DNA of 64,000 nt from Pseudomonadales bacterium. GTDB lineage: Bacteria; Pseudomonadota; Gammaproteobacteria; Pseudomonadales; M0112. Position 1 is the first letter of the stretch. Each line of letters opens with the position of its first letter. This document shows, piece after piece, positions 23,437 to 33,851 of the stretch. Below the pieces are notes generated by a model. That model had not been told where the DNA came from. It did not search any database and worked only from the letters and a program-made list of their open reading frames with translations. Where the stretch lies: the NCBI GenBank assembly GCA_036568505.1, contig DATCSK010000014.1, forward strand, positions 13,022 through 77,021, read 5' to 3'. Both the position numbers and the translations under genes were made by a program.

Positions 23437-23946
23437 GTGACCAAACGTTATTCTTGCAAAGCGGTTGATATGAGTTATTTCCAAATCGCCCCGGCCCGGT
23501 TTGAGGCCTCGGTGGTGGTGAAGGCCACGCCCGAACAGATTTTTGAAGTGTTCGAGGATGCACATGCCTGGACGGTGTGGGCGGATCCGATCACGCACGT
23601 GGAGTGGACCTCGCCCAAGCCGTACGGTTTGGGAACGACCCGCACGGTCACCATGAGCGGCGGCATGATTGGCGAAGAAGAGTTTATTGCCTGGGAGCCG
23701 GGCAAACGCATGGCGTTCCGTTTCACGCAGGCATCCATGGATAGCGTGGAGGCCTTTGGCGAAGATTACCGGGTTGAGGATTTGGGCGGTGGCGATGTGC
23801 GCGTGACCTGGATTATGGCCATGTCACCGAAAGGTATCAGCAAAATTTTCTTGAAACTGACGGGCTTTATGATGCGCTTTATGCAGCGCAAATTCATGAA
23901 GCAATTCAAAGCGTACGTTGAAAGCCGGTACGGAGCAGCGAGCTGA
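23437..23946 (+). CDS. SRPBCC-family (polyketide cyclase/dehydrase-like) protein
   Basis: GTG start with an AAAGGAG SD 6 nt upstream. 169 aa with a START/Bet v1-like pattern ([19 protein letters not shown]). Confidence 0.7.
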   Translation: MTKRYSCKAVDMSYFQIAPARFEASVVVKATPEQIFEVFEDAHAWTVWADPITHVEWTSPKPYGLGTTRTVTMSGGMIGEEEFIAWEPGKRMAFRFTQASMDSVEAFGEDYRVEDLGGGDVRVTWIMAMSPKGISKIFLKLTGFMMRFMQRKFMKQFKAYVESRYGAAS

Positions 23947-23947
23947 G

Positions 23948-24610
23948 ATGCGTGACTATCGGATAGCGCCTTCCATTTTGTCGGCAGACTTTGCGCGACT
24001 GGGTGACGAAGTGAATGCCGTGTTGGCAGCGGGTACGGATTGGGTGCATTTTGATGTGATGGATAATCATTACGTGCCCAACCTCACCATCGGCCCGATG
24101 GTGTGCAAGGCATTGCGTGATCACGGTATTGTCGCACCGATTGATGTGCATTTAATGGTGACCCCCGTCGATGAGCTGATCCGCATGTTTGCCGATGCGG
24201 GTGCCACGTACATTACGTTTCATCCCGAGGCAAGTGCGCACGTTGATCGTTCATTGCAATTGATACGTAGCCTGGGGTGCAAGGCGGGCTTGGTATTTAA
24301 TCCGGCGACCGGCTTGGATGCAGCACGCTATGTGATGGATAAGCTCGACATGATGTTGTTGATGTCGGTGAACCCCGGGTTTGGCGGGCAAAAATTCATT
24401 CCAAAAACATTGGACAAGTTACGTGAAGCGCGCGCATTGATCGATGCCAGCGGTTGCAATATACGCCTTGAGGTCGATGGCGGTGTGACGGCGGCGAATA
24501 TTCGTGAGATTGCCGATGCCGGCGCCGATACGTTTGTTGCCGGCTCCGCAATATTCAACGCACCGGATTATGCGCAGGCGGTGAAGGCCATGCGCAATGC
24601 ATTGGCCTGA
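23948..24610 (+). CDS. rpe: ribulose-phosphate 3-epimerase
   Basis: From [22 protein letters not shown]..., with [12 protein letters not shown] and [12 protein letters not shown]. Start set at ATG 23948, 1 nt after the upstream stop. Confidence 0.94.
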   Translation: MRDYRIAPSILSADFARLGDEVNAVLAAGTDWVHFDVMDNHYVPNLTIGPMVCKALRDHGIVAPIDVHLMVTPVDELIRMFADAGATYITFHPEASAHVDRSLQLIRSLGCKAGLVFNPATGLDAARYVMDKLDMMLLMSVNPGFGGQKFIPKTLDKLREARALIDASGCNIRLEVDGGVTAANIREIADAGADTFVAGSAIFNAPDYAQAVKAMRNALA

Positions 24611-24616
24611 TGCGGG

Positions 24617-26593
24617 TTAGAAAAACCGTAATGGCGATTGAAGTTCCCAGGCATTCTCGCGCACCATGACGTTGGTGAACGCAAGTGTGCGCCGGCTTTT
24701 CTGTTCAGGGATGGTGAAGTCGGCAGCAGGGAATGACGATAACGGCAATAGTGGCGCTTCAGGCTTTTCAATATTGATCAAATCGCGAATCTGATCAAAA
24801 TACGCCACCACGTCATGTTGGACGTGAATGGTTTCTGGAAATTTTTTGCCGATTTTCGGCATGACAGCAATTTGTGCCTGCATGATGCTGAGGGCATCAT
24901 CTGCCGGCAAGGGCTTGCCGGTCATCTCTAGAGCCATTGCCAGCACTTCATTGTAGAAGTCGCCAATCTCGTGGAAGAAAAACTTCGCATCGTTGCTCCA
25001 GGTGATTACGAAAACGCCAATGTAAGCATCACTTCGATTTAGCATGGTTTTTTGTGCAAATGCCGATTTCGGATATTTTTCGGGATGTTGCTTGGCTTGG
25101 CTGATCCAGAAGTCGATAAAGCGAATGGCGGGCACTTTATGGTCAATCTGAAGGTAGAGGAGGAAATACCGCAGCACCCCCATTTTAACCAGAAATTCAT
25201 ATGCAAGATTCAAATCAAACATGCGATGCAAGTCGGCTTCGGTAAAGCTGAATGTTGATGTGATGAATCCGTGTTCATTGGTTTTTATTTTATATTTTTC
25301 AACATAATCAGGGTCGGATATCGGTGCATTGGTGAGCGAGCTGGTAACAAACGTATTGGTGGCGACTTTCCGGTCAAAAAAGAACTGCAAGTCGTTGATG
25401 TAGCTTTCGTAGGTTTGCCCCGGCAGGCCGATCATCAAATCCGAGCCGATGGGCAGTTTTTCCTTGTGGTAAATCTCCAGCAGCTTTTCATACTTGGCCG
25501 TCTTGATGTTGGAGCGATCAATAATTTTCAGTACTTCAGGGTCGGTGCTCTGGATGGCAATAAGGCCCTGTTTCAGTAAGCCGCTGTGATTGAGTATGCG
25601 TGTGATGTCGGCGAGTTTGGGTGATGCATTTTTGGCGAAATTGGTCCAAAAGGCCTGTGGGTAACCGACGCTGTTTTTCAAGTCAGCCGTGAATTGGGTG
25701 AAGGCGACGTCACGCTCAAAAATACCGAAGTTGGCATCGCAGACCAACAGTTGGGGCACTTTATGGTGGGCTGCATATTCAATCTCGCGGTATACACGCT
25801 CTTCGCTGAATTTATGGATTTTTTCCAGTGTGGCGGAGCCCCAGTCGCAGAAGGTGCAGCCATAAGGGCAGCCGCGATTGGTTTCAATGGCCAAAAAGGG
25901 AGGGATGCTATCCATGCGAGGCATGTTCAGATCGCCTTGAAACAAGTGATCGAGCTCACCGGAGAGATAAGCCGATGGCAGGGCATCGAGATCGTCAATG
26001 CGCGTTCTGTCGGGCGTCTTTATTAACGCGCCCTGTGCATCAAGAAACATCAGTCCTTCAATGGTGCTGAAATCGCCCATTGCTATGTCGCCCGCATGCT
26101 GGGCTCTGAAACAGTCGATGGTGGCGGCAAAGGTGATCTCGCCTTCGCCTCGAGCGCAGAGATCAATAAAGGGGTTGTTCCTAAGAAAGATTTCGCATTG
26201 TGCTTCGCGTTTCGGAATTTCCGGGCCACCGATCATAATGATGCAGGATGGAAAGCGCTCCTTGATCGTGCGGGCCAATTTGAGATTGAGTGCATGGTTC
26301 CAGAGGTAGCTTGAGAAGGCTACGATTGCGGGAGATTCGACATCGAGTGCTTGAAGCATGCTGTGTTGACTGTCAGCGTCAGCACCGACCAGTCGTACAC
26401 GGTGCAGCATCATTGAGCGGTCAAGCAGTCCATCCCGATAGCCTCGCGCGCAAGCCAGCAAACATCCGAGGCTGTACATGGGCGCCAATGACGGAGGGTC
26501 TGCGGCTGCAATGCAGTGAACTGAAGGTTTGTGTTTGTTCATCGGGTTGTAGTGTAAAGACTCGGACGGTACGAAGAAAGCGTAACCCCTCAT
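24617..26593 (-). CDS. B12-binding-domain radical SAM protein (class B), function unknown
   Basis: An N-terminal cobalamin-binding-type domain is followed by the radical SAM motif NRGCPYGCTFCDWGS (CxxxCxxC). 658 aa if started at ATG 26593; an alternative ATG at 26542 (MNKHKPSV) is possible. Markedly lower G+C than both neighbours. Confidence 0.85.
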   Translation of the reverse strand: MRGYAFFVPSESLHYNPMNKHKPSVHCIAAADPPSLAPMYSLGCLLACARGYRDGLLDRSMMLHRVRLVGADADSQHSMLQALDVESPAIVAFSSYLWNHALNLKLARTIKERFPSCIIMIGGPEIPKREAQCEIFLRNNPFIDLCARGEGEITFAATIDCFRAQHAGDIAMGDFSTIEGLMFLDAQGALIKTPDRTRIDDLDALPSAYLSGELDHLFQGDLNMPRMDSIPPFLAIETNRGCPYGCTFCDWGSATLEKIHKFSEERVYREIEYAAHHKVPQLLVCDANFGIFERDVAFTQFTADLKNSVGYPQAFWTNFAKNASPKLADITRILNHSGLLKQGLIAIQSTDPEVLKIIDRSNIKTAKYEKLLEIYHKEKLPIGSDLMIGLPGQTYESYINDLQFFFDRKVATNTFVTSSLTNAPISDPDYVEKYKIKTNEHGFITSTFSFTEADLHRMFDLNLAYEFLVKMGVLRYFLLYLQIDHKVPAIRFIDFWISQAKQHPEKYPKSAFAQKTMLNRSDAYIGVFVITWSNDAKFFFHEIGDFYNEVLAMALEMTGKPLPADDALSIMQAQIAVMPKIGKKFPETIHVQHDVVAYFDQIRDLINIEKPEAPLLPLSSFPAADFTIPEQKSRRTLAFTNVMVRENAWELQSPLRFF

Positions 26594-26832
26594 GTCATGA
26601 GGTCCCGAATGTATCTGCCGAATGGAGGGCTTGTATTTTGTAAGGCTATATTGGCCTTTCTTTTATTGTGCTTTAGCCCGCCAAATTCTATGATGAGCAC
26701 TGAAATCCCCTGTTTTGGTCAGGCACCTGTGACAACAGCAAAAGTACATGCGCGGCTGATGACCGTGACCCGATGGCGCAACTGATCCGGTTGCGTGAGG
26801 GTTTTGTTGTCTTTCTGGTTTGAGGTGCTTCG

Positions 26833-28326
26833 ATGAATTCCGAAGAATTGCGTAATTTAATGGCCCAAGGCTACAACCGCGTGCCGTTGGTGCGTCGGTT
26901 ACTGGCCGATCTCGACACCCCGCTGAGTTGCTATCTGAAACTGGCTCATGGTCCGTACACGTACCTGTTCGAGTCGGTTCAGGGTGGCGAAAAGTGGGGG
27001 CGCTATTCCATGATCGGCCTGCCGTGCCAAACCGTGTTGACGGCGCGTGGCTCCCGGGTTGAGGTGCACACAAAAGGTGAGCGGGTCGAGTCGGTCACCA
27101 CGGACGATCCGTTGGCGTTTGTTGAGGCGTTCCAGCAGCGTTATCGCGTAGCACCGATCGAAGGGGTGCCGGCGTTTCATGGCGGATTGGTGGGCTATTT
27201 TGCTTACGATGCCGTGCGCTATGTCGAGCCGCATTTGCAGAACAGCGTGCCTGCGCATGATCCATTGGACTCTCCCGATATCGTATTAATGGTGTCGGAC
27301 GAAGTGCTGGTGTTTGATAACCTGGCCGGCACCCTGAGCCTGATCGTCCTGATTGATCCTGCGGTGGCGGATGCACAGGCGACCGGCGAGGCTCGACTGG
27401 ATGCGCTGGAGCAGCAGTTGCAACAGGTGGCGCCGGCATTGCCGGCTGTTGATCTGGATGCGGCCGCGCGCGATGGTGCGGCAACCGAAGCGCGGTTTGG
27501 TTCATCCTTTGAGCAGCCTGCCTTTGAGCGTGCGGTGAATCGCATCAAGGACTACATTCTTGCCGGTGATGCCATGCAGGTGGTGATCGCGCAGCGTTTG
27601 AGCGCGTCATTTACGGCGCCGCCTTTGAATTTGTATCGGGCGTTGCGTTGCCTGAATCCCTCGCCGTACATGTATTTTCTGGATTTGGGCGATTTTCAGA
27701 TCGTCGGCTCATCGCCGGAGATCTTGGCGCGGCTGGAAGACGGCGTTGTGACGGTGCGACCCATTGCCGGCACGCGTCGTCGTGGTTACACCGACGCCGA
27801 AGATCAGGCGTTGGAGGCTGAATTGTTGGCAGATCCGAAAGAAATTGCCGAGCATCTGATGCTGATTGATTTGGGGCGCAATGACGTCGGCCGGATTAGC
27901 GAGATGGGTTCGGTCGAAGTGACCGATCGCATGGCCATCGAGCGGTATTCACACGTGATGCATATTGTGTCGAATGTCACCGGCACGCTGTTGCCGGGTA
28001 AAACGGCCATGGACGTGCTGCGCGCCACCTTGCCGGCCGGTACCTTGAGCGGCGCACCGAAAGTGCGTGCCATGGAAATTATTGACGAGCTGGAGCCCGA
28101 GAAGCGCGGCGTGTATGGCGGCGCGGTGGGGTATCTCGCCTGGAATGGCAACATGGACACAGCGATTGCTATTCGCACGGCAGTCATCAAAGACGGGCGA
28201 CTGTATGCGCAAGCCGGCGCTGGTGTGGTAGCGGATTCTGTCCCGGCGTTGGAATGGAAAGAAACCCTGAACAAAGCGCGCGCCTTGATGCGAGCCGCAG
28301 CGATGGCCGATGGGGGTAATTTCTAA
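26833..28326 (+). CDS. trpE: anthranilate synthase component I
   Basis: 497 aa with [22 protein letters not shown] and [15 protein letters not shown] motifs. Confidence 0.96.
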   Translation: MNSEELRNLMAQGYNRVPLVRRLLADLDTPLSCYLKLAHGPYTYLFESVQGGEKWGRYSMIGLPCQTVLTARGSRVEVHTKGERVESVTTDDPLAFVEAFQQRYRVAPIEGVPAFHGGLVGYFAYDAVRYVEPHLQNSVPAHDPLDSPDIVLMVSDEVLVFDNLAGTLSLIVLIDPAVADAQATGEARLDALEQQLQQVAPALPAVDLDAAARDGAATEARFGSSFEQPAFERAVNRIKDYILAGDAMQVVIAQRLSASFTAPPLNLYRALRCLNPSPYMYFLDLGDFQIVGSSPEILARLEDGVVTVRPIAGTRRRGYTDAEDQALEAELLADPKEIAEHLMLIDLGRNDVGRISEMGSVEVTDRMAIERYSHVMHIVSNVTGTLLPGKTAMDVLRATLPAGTLSGAPKVRAMEIIDELEPEKRGVYGGAVGYLAWNGNMDTAIAIRTAVIKDGRLYAQAGAGVVADSVPALEWKETLNKARALMRAAAMADGGNF

Positions 28327-28907
28327 TGTTATTGATGATCGATAACTACGACTCCTTTACCTACAACCTCGTGCAGTACCTGGGGGAACTCGGTCAGGAC
28401 GTGCGGGTGTATCGCAATGATGCGATCGGTGTGCGTGATATCGAAGCGCTCTCACCCGAACGCATCGTGATTTCGCCGGGCCCGTGCACACCGAATGAAG
28501 CCGGTGTATCGCTGGCGGTGATTAAGCACTTTGCCGGGAAACTGCCGATACTGGGTGTGTGTCTTGGGCACCAAAGTATCGGTCAGGCTTTTGGTGGCAA
28601 GATTGTGCGTGCGCGCCGCGTGATGCACGGCAAGACCTCGTTGATGTATCACGCCGATCAAGGGGTGTTCCACGGACTGTCCAATCCGTTTGAAGCCACG
28701 CGTTATCATTCCTTGGTGATTGATCGCGACAGCCTGCCCGATTGCCTTGAAATGACGGCCTGGACACAAACCGATGACGGCTCGGTTGATGAAATCATGG
28801 GGGTGCGTCATCGCACGCTGGCCGTGCAAGGTGTGCAATTTCATCCAGAGTCCATTTTGAGTCAGCACGGCCATCGGTTGCTGAAAAACTTTCTGGAGGA
28901 TGCGTGA
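28326..28907 (+). CDS. trpG: anthranilate synthase component II (glutamine amidotransferase)
   Basis: [26 protein letters not shown] (catalytic Cys) and QFHPES. TAATG junction with trpE. Confidence 0.94.
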   Translation: MLLMIDNYDSFTYNLVQYLGELGQDVRVYRNDAIGVRDIEALSPERIVISPGPCTPNEAGVSLAVIKHFAGKLPILGVCLGHQSIGQAFGGKIVRARRVMHGKTSLMYHADQGVFHGLSNPFEATRYHSLVIDRDSLPDCLEMTAWTQTDDGSVDEIMGVRHRTLAVQGVQFHPESILSQHGHRLLKNFLEDA

Positions 28908-29935
28908 TGGAATTATCAGCAGCCTTGGCGCGCGTCGTTGATCGGCAGGATTTATCCGAGTCAGAAATGAAATCGGTGATGCATCGCATCATGACCGGCG
29001 AAGCCACGCAGGCGCAGATTGGCGGCTTTCTGGTTGCGTTGCGCATGAAAGGCGAAACGGTGGCAGAAATAACCGGCGCAGCACGGGTGATGCGTGAATT
29101 GGCCACGCGAGTGCAGGTTGGCGGCAAACACGTTGTCGATACCTGCGGCACGGGTGGTGACAGTGCCGGTATTTTCAATGTGTCAACCGCTTCGGCATTT
29201 GTCGCAGCGGCAGCCGGTGCGCGCGTGGCCAAGCACGGCAACCGTTCGGTGACCAGTAAAAGCGGCAGCGCCGATGTGCTGGAAACCGCCGGCGTCAACC
29301 TGAACATCACGCCGGCGCAAGTGGCGCGGTGTGTTGAGCAGCTGGGCGTGGGATTTTTGTTTGCGGTGAAGCATCACGGTGCCATGAAGCATGCGATTGG
29401 TCCGCGCCGCGAGCTGGGGTTGCGCACGATTTTTAATCTGCTCGGTCCGTTAACCAATCCGGCCGGTGCGCCCAATCAGGTGCTGGGCGTGTACGCCAAG
29501 GATCGCGTACGCCCTTTGGCTGAAGTATTGAATGCATTGGGCAGCGAACACGTGTTGGTTGTGCATGCCGAGGACGGTCTGGATGAAGTCAGTATTGCCG
29601 CGCCGACGTATGTGGCAGAACTTAAATCCGGCAGTGTGCGTGAATACACCGTGGCGCCTGAAGATTTCGGTTTGACGCGACAGTCCTTGCAATCGTTGGT
29701 GGTATCCGATGCCAAAGCCAGTCTTGCGTTAGTGGAATCGGCATTGAACGGCGAAGCCGGGCCTGCGGCCGATATTGTGGCGCTTAATGCCGGGGCAGCC
29801 ATCTATGCGGCGGGCATTACGCAGAACTGGCAGCAAGGCGTTATCTTGGCTCAAGATGTGATGGCATCGGGACAGGCGCGAGAGAAGCTGCGCGAGTTGG
29901 TGCAATTAACGCAGTTAATGAGCGCTACCCAATGA
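28904..29935 (+). CDS. trpD: anthranilate phosphoribosyltransferase
   Basis: [21 protein letters not shown] and [18 protein letters not shown] motifs. 4-nt overlaps on both sides. Confidence 0.95.
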   Translation: MMELSAALARVVDRQDLSESEMKSVMHRIMTGEATQAQIGGFLVALRMKGETVAEITGAARVMRELATRVQVGGKHVVDTCGTGGDSAGIFNVSTASAFVAAAAGARVAKHGNRSVTSKSGSADVLETAGVNLNITPAQVARCVEQLGVGFLFAVKHHGAMKHAIGPRRELGLRTIFNLLGPLTNPAGAPNQVLGVYAKDRVRPLAEVLNALGSEHVLVVHAEDGLDEVSIAAPTYVAELKSGSVREYTVAPEDFGLTRQSLQSLVVSDAKASLALVESALNGEAGPAADIVALNAGAAIYAAGITQNWQQGVILAQDVMASGQAREKLRELVQLTQLMSATQ

Positions 29936-30732
29936 GCACGCCCACGGTCTTAAAACGTATTCTTGATCGTAAGCGTGAAGAAGTGATTGAGCGCAAGCGC
30001 TTCCGATCGCTGACCAGTGTGCGCGATGAAGCCGAGGCGCAATCGGCATCGCGTGGGTTTGTTGCCAGTATTGATCGACGCATTGCCGCAGGCGATCCGG
30101 CCGTGATTGCTGAAATTAAAAAAGCCTCACCGAGCAAGGGTGTGATCAGGGAGCATTTTAACCCGCAGGCGATTGCTGAAAGTTATGCGAATGCCGGAGC
30201 TGCCTGTTTGTCCGTTTTAACGGACGTGGATTTTTTTCAAGGCGCGGATGCGTATTTGCAGCAGGCGCGCGCTGCGTGCACATTACCCGTTATTCGCAAG
30301 GATTTTTTAATTGACGAGTATCAGGTGTGGGAAGCGCGCGCACTGGGTGCTGATTGCATTTTGCTGATTGTGTCCGCTTTTGGTGATGACGGTCATTTGT
30401 TGGCATTGGCGGCATTGGCGAATGAAATCGGTCTGGATGTTTTGGTCGAAGTGCATGACGGCCCTGAGCTGGATGTCGCGCTTCGCAGCGAACAGCGGTT
30501 GGTGGGTATCAATAACCGTAATTTGCATACTTTCGATGTCGCACTGGATGTCACCTACGGTCTGTTGCCGCATATTCCGGCCGATCGCGTGGTTGTCACG
30601 GAAAGTGGTATTCACAGTCAGGCCGATGTAGCGGCGATGCGCGCACGGGGTGTGCATGCGTTCCTGGTGGGTGAGGCGTTCATGCGTGCCGAAAACCCTG
30701 GTCAAAAGTTAGCAGAGCTGTTTTTTGCCTGA
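29932..30732 (+). CDS. trpC: indole-3-glycerol phosphate synthase
   Basis: [25 protein letters not shown] and NNRNL motifs. 266 aa. Confidence 0.95.
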   Translation: MSTPTVLKRILDRKREEVIERKRFRSLTSVRDEAEAQSASRGFVASIDRRIAAGDPAVIAEIKKASPSKGVIREHFNPQAIAESYANAGAACLSVLTDVDFFQGADAYLQQARAACTLPVIRKDFLIDEYQVWEARALGADCILLIVSAFGDDGHLLALAALANEIGLDVLVEVHDGPELDVALRSEQRLVGINNRNLHTFDVALDVTYGLLPHIPADRVVVTESGIHSQADVAAMRARGVHAFLVGEAFMRAENPGQKLAELFFA

Positions 30733-30854
30733 TGCGTTGATGCGTTAAGCATTTATGCTTTTTAGTTCTTTTCCCCTAATAAAACGATCTTGGACGCTAT
30801 CGCAGGCGGTCGGTATTGTGCGCAACGGTTTTGTGGCGCCATCGAAGGTGAGCT

Positions 30855-32654
30855 ATGTCGGTAGAGTGGGGTTGGGACGCCTGGTTTGTCACGGCGGTAT
30901 TGGCGGCCTTGTTTGCCAGCTTTGTGCTGGAAAAGGTGCGTGCCGATGTCGCCGTGGCCGTGGCTGTAGCGGTATTGCTGGCGGCCGGCCTGTTACGTCC
31001 CGCCGATGTGTTGGGTGTGTTCAGTAACAGTGCGCCAGCGACCATTGCCTGTTTGTTTGTGATTTCGGCCGCGCTGGAGCGTACGGGCGTGGTGGCGTCG
31101 TTGGGTGAGTTTCTATCACGCCATGCCGGCAGTTCGCCCCGGCAGGTAATGATGATACTGATGGCGACGGCGGTGGCGCTGTCAGCCTTCATTAATAATA
31201 CGCCGGTGGTGATGATCCTGACGCCAGTGGCGATTACCTTGGCCAATAGCCGGGGTATCAAACCCTCCAAATTATTGATTCCGTTGTCGTATGCCACGAT
31301 CTTGGGGGGTATCACCACCATGGTGGGTACCTCCACCAACATTCTGGTGGATGGCATGGCCCGCAAGGCCGGCATGGAACCTTTCGGTATGTTTGAGCTG
31401 ACATTGCCTGCTCTGGCCATTGCGGCAGTCAGTCTGCTGTTTATGGCTGTTTTTGGACAGCGGTTACTGCCCGATCGAGAAACCTTGTCCGAGCAACTGG
31501 GGGGGTTGAGTCGTCGACAATACAGCGCAGAACTGTTTGTTCCTGTGGGTGCGGCGGCTGTGGGCCGCCTGTTGGCTGATCTGCGATTGGCGCGAGGGGC
31601 GGGCGAATCGTTGCTGGTTTTCCGTGATGATGCTCTGGTTGTCGAACCCGTGGAGCGATTTCGGCTGGAGGCGGGCGATCGTCTGATGCTGCAAAGCAGC
31701 TTGTCGGATGTCATGGAATTAAAAAATCTGGGATTGTCGATGACAACAGCAGTGCGCTCGCCCTCTGATATGGGGGAGCGACTTGCGGATAATGCGACCG
31801 CCATGGAGGTGATTGTGGGTCGTCATTCGCGCTATTGCCACCGTCCGATGCGTGATTTGGACATCACCGCTCGTTACGGCATTCATGTGATTGGTGTGCA
31901 TCGCAAGGATGTGAATATTGTGGGTGATTTTGAGGATTTCCAGCTTGATATGGGCGATGTGCTATTGATCGAAGGCTCGCCCGATCAGATACGCCGCTTT
32001 GTTGAAAATGGGGATTTGCTGGCAATCGGTGTTGCCGGTAATCGCGTTGTTCGGCGCAATCGTGCAGGGCTGGCCTTGTCGGTCGCAGTGGGTGTCATGG
32101 TGTTGGCGGCCTGCAAGGTGATGCCGATTGAGGGGCTGGCCATGATGGGCGCAGTCATAGTGGTATTGGGCGGCTGTCTGGATGTGGATGACGCGTATCA
32201 ATCCGTGGAATGGCAAATTATTACGCTGATTCTCGGCATGTTGGCGGTCAGTATTGCGATGGAGCGTGCCGGTATCGTGCATGCCTTTGGTGAAGCAGCC
32301 ATGCATTTTGGGCAAGGGGTTCACCCGTTGCTTGTGTTGGCCTTGATTGCACTCATGACGTCGGTGATGACAGAAATGATCAGCAACAATGCCGTTGCGG
32401 TATTAATGGTGCCGATTGCCATTGAAGTCGCGCAAGTGCTGGGGTTCGATGCACGTCCGTTTGTTGTGGCGATTATGATTGCGGCCAGTGCCAGCTTTGC
32501 AACGCCGATTGGTTATCAGACCAATACGTTTGTGTATAACGCAGGCGGTTACCGGTTTCGGGACTTCTTTGTGCTGGGTATACCGTTGAACTTGATCGTA
32601 CTGCTGATGACGGTTTTATTGGTGCCGTTGTTCTGGCCTTTGCAGGCAGCCTGA
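30855..32654 (+). CDS. SLC13/DASS-family permease with central TrkA-C (RCK_C) domains
   Basis: 599 aa: two membrane halves (FINNTPVVMILTPV, ISNNAVAVLMVPI hairpin motifs) separated by two soluble RCK_C-like repeats. AAGGTGA SD upstream. Confidence 0.85.
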   Translation: MSVEWGWDAWFVTAVLAALFASFVLEKVRADVAVAVAVAVLLAAGLLRPADVLGVFSNSAPATIACLFVISAALERTGVVASLGEFLSRHAGSSPRQVMMILMATAVALSAFINNTPVVMILTPVAITLANSRGIKPSKLLIPLSYATILGGITTMVGTSTNILVDGMARKAGMEPFGMFELTLPALAIAAVSLLFMAVFGQRLLPDRETLSEQLGGLSRRQYSAELFVPVGAAAVGRLLADLRLARGAGESLLVFRDDALVVEPVERFRLEAGDRLMLQSSLSDVMELKNLGLSMTTAVRSPSDMGERLADNATAMEVIVGRHSRYCHRPMRDLDITARYGIHVIGVHRKDVNIVGDFEDFQLDMGDVLLIEGSPDQIRRFVENGDLLAIGVAGNRVVRRNRAGLALSVAVGVMVLAACKVMPIEGLAMMGAVIVVLGGCLDVDDAYQSVEWQIITLILGMLAVSIAMERAGIVHAFGEAAMHFGQGVHPLLVLALIALMTSVMTEMISNNAVAVLMVPIAIEVAQVLGFDARPFVVAIMIAASASFATPIGYQTNTFVYNAGGYRFRDFFVLGIPLNLIVLLMTVLLVPLFWPLQAA

Positions 32655-32656
32655 GG

Positions 32657-33103
32657 TTAGCGCGATGCGAGTTGTTCGGCACGTTGTTTCAAGGCATTGC
32701 TTTCGGCTTTCAAGCCTCCGCGCATAAAATCGCCATAAAAACGATCGGCCAAAGCAGCGGCCATGCCGGTTACGCGCAACTCCACACGATACAGGCAGTG
32801 AGTCTCATCAATAGGGGTGATGTTGCGAATGCGTTCGCCATCCGCGAACACGGTAAACCAGCCGACATCACACCAATGGAACAGCGAAGGTCTTTCGGCG
32901 GCAATCATGCGGTGTTGATACGTGCCGCCTTGCTTGCCAAATTGCGCAGAGACGGTCACAGCACTGTTTTTTCGAATATCGCCTTCGGCATGGTAAATCC
33001 AGGGGTTCCATTCGGCATACCGAGGCAGGTCGGCGATGATGTCCCAGACCGTTTCGGCGCTGGCGGCAACGGTGCGTTCTTCGGCATAAATACGTTGTGG
33101 CAT
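32657..33103 (-). CDS. SRPBCC-domain protein
   Basis: From MPQRIYAEERTVAASAETVWDIIADLPRYAEWNPW (START-like). Start set at ATG 33103, 1 nt after the upstream stop. Confidence 0.7.
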   Translation of the reverse strand: MPQRIYAEERTVAASAETVWDIIADLPRYAEWNPWIYHAEGDIRKNSAVTVSAQFGKQGGTYQHRMIAAERPSLFHWCDVGWFTVFADGERIRNITPIDETHCLYRVELRVTGMAAALADRFYGDFMRGGLKAESNALKQRAEQLASR

Positions 33104-33104
33104 G

Positions 33105-33848
33105 TTAGCGCCCGGTTTTCTGGATGGCGGTGAGTTTTTGGTCGGCCTCGGATAAAGCACGCTGCCCTTCACGGATCAAGCTATCGAATTCATTGCTGCA
33201 TTTTTGCCATTCCTGTCGGCGCTGGGATAGGTTTGCGTCACCGAAGGCCGGTTCGGGGCCGCAGGAAGCCGATCTCCGGCGAATCAATTCTTGCAGCAGA
33301 GCAGTGTTTGCGGCGACCTGTTCAACCAGCTGGGCTTTTTCTTGCTTGACGGCCAGTTCGGCTTCGTTGGCCCATCGAATCGCGCAACGATAGTCGCGCA
33401 TTTTTTCGAGATTCTCAGGGGACGTGTTTTGATTGTAATTCGACTTATTGTAACGACTGTAATAGCCGTAATCGGTGCGTGACAGTTTGACCACGCTTTT
33501 CTCCAGTGCTTCGAGTTGCCGCTCCCATTGCTGGCGAGCATAAATCAGCTGTTCCAGAAATTGGCCGCTGTAACCGTTATCGACAGGCATTTTCAGATGG
33601 CCGCAAAACTCGGAGTTGCCTAATCGCGTCAAAGCGGTACGGTTGCCCGAGTCTTCCTGAATATCGAGCTGTTCGGTTTTGAGTGCGCTATCGGCATTCG
33701 TCTGCGGTGGTTTGTCCGTAAACGTGACCTTGCCATTTTCATCGACGACTTTGTAAACCTTGCCTGCGTTGGCCGGGGTTGTTGCCAGCAGCAGCGCCAG
33801 AAGGCATGCAAGTGACATGCCGCGAGTGAGTGCGTGCCAAGCCATCAA
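33105..33848 (-). CDS. DUF4124-domain secreted protein
   Basis: A signal peptide followed by GKVYKVVDENGKVTFTDKPP, the DUF4124 hallmark. The rest is coiled-coil-like. Confidence 0.7.
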   Translation of the reverse strand: MMAWHALTRGMSLACLLALLLATTPANAGKVYKVVDENGKVTFTDKPPQTNADSALKTEQLDIQEDSGNRTALTRLGNSEFCGHLKMPVDNGYSGQFLEQLIYARQQWERQLEALEKSVVKLSRTDYGYYSRYNKSNYNQNTSPENLEKMRDYRCAIRWANEAELAVKQEKAQLVEQVAANTALLQELIRRRSASCGPEPAFGDANLSQRRQEWQKCSNEFDSLIREGQRALSEADQKLTAIQKTGR

Positions 33849-33851
33849 TCA

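Noticed and set aside
30747-30760. A small hairpin AAGCAtttaTGCTT followed by TTT after trpC.
   Set aside because: The stem is only 5-6 AT-rich base pairs with a tiny loop, too weak to call a terminator confidently.
30797-31804. 335-aa ORF on the minus strand.
   Set aside because: It is antisense to the SLC13 transporter gene, whose membrane hairpin motifs and RCK_C domains are unambiguous. The antisense product is Ser/Arg/Ala-rich low complexity.
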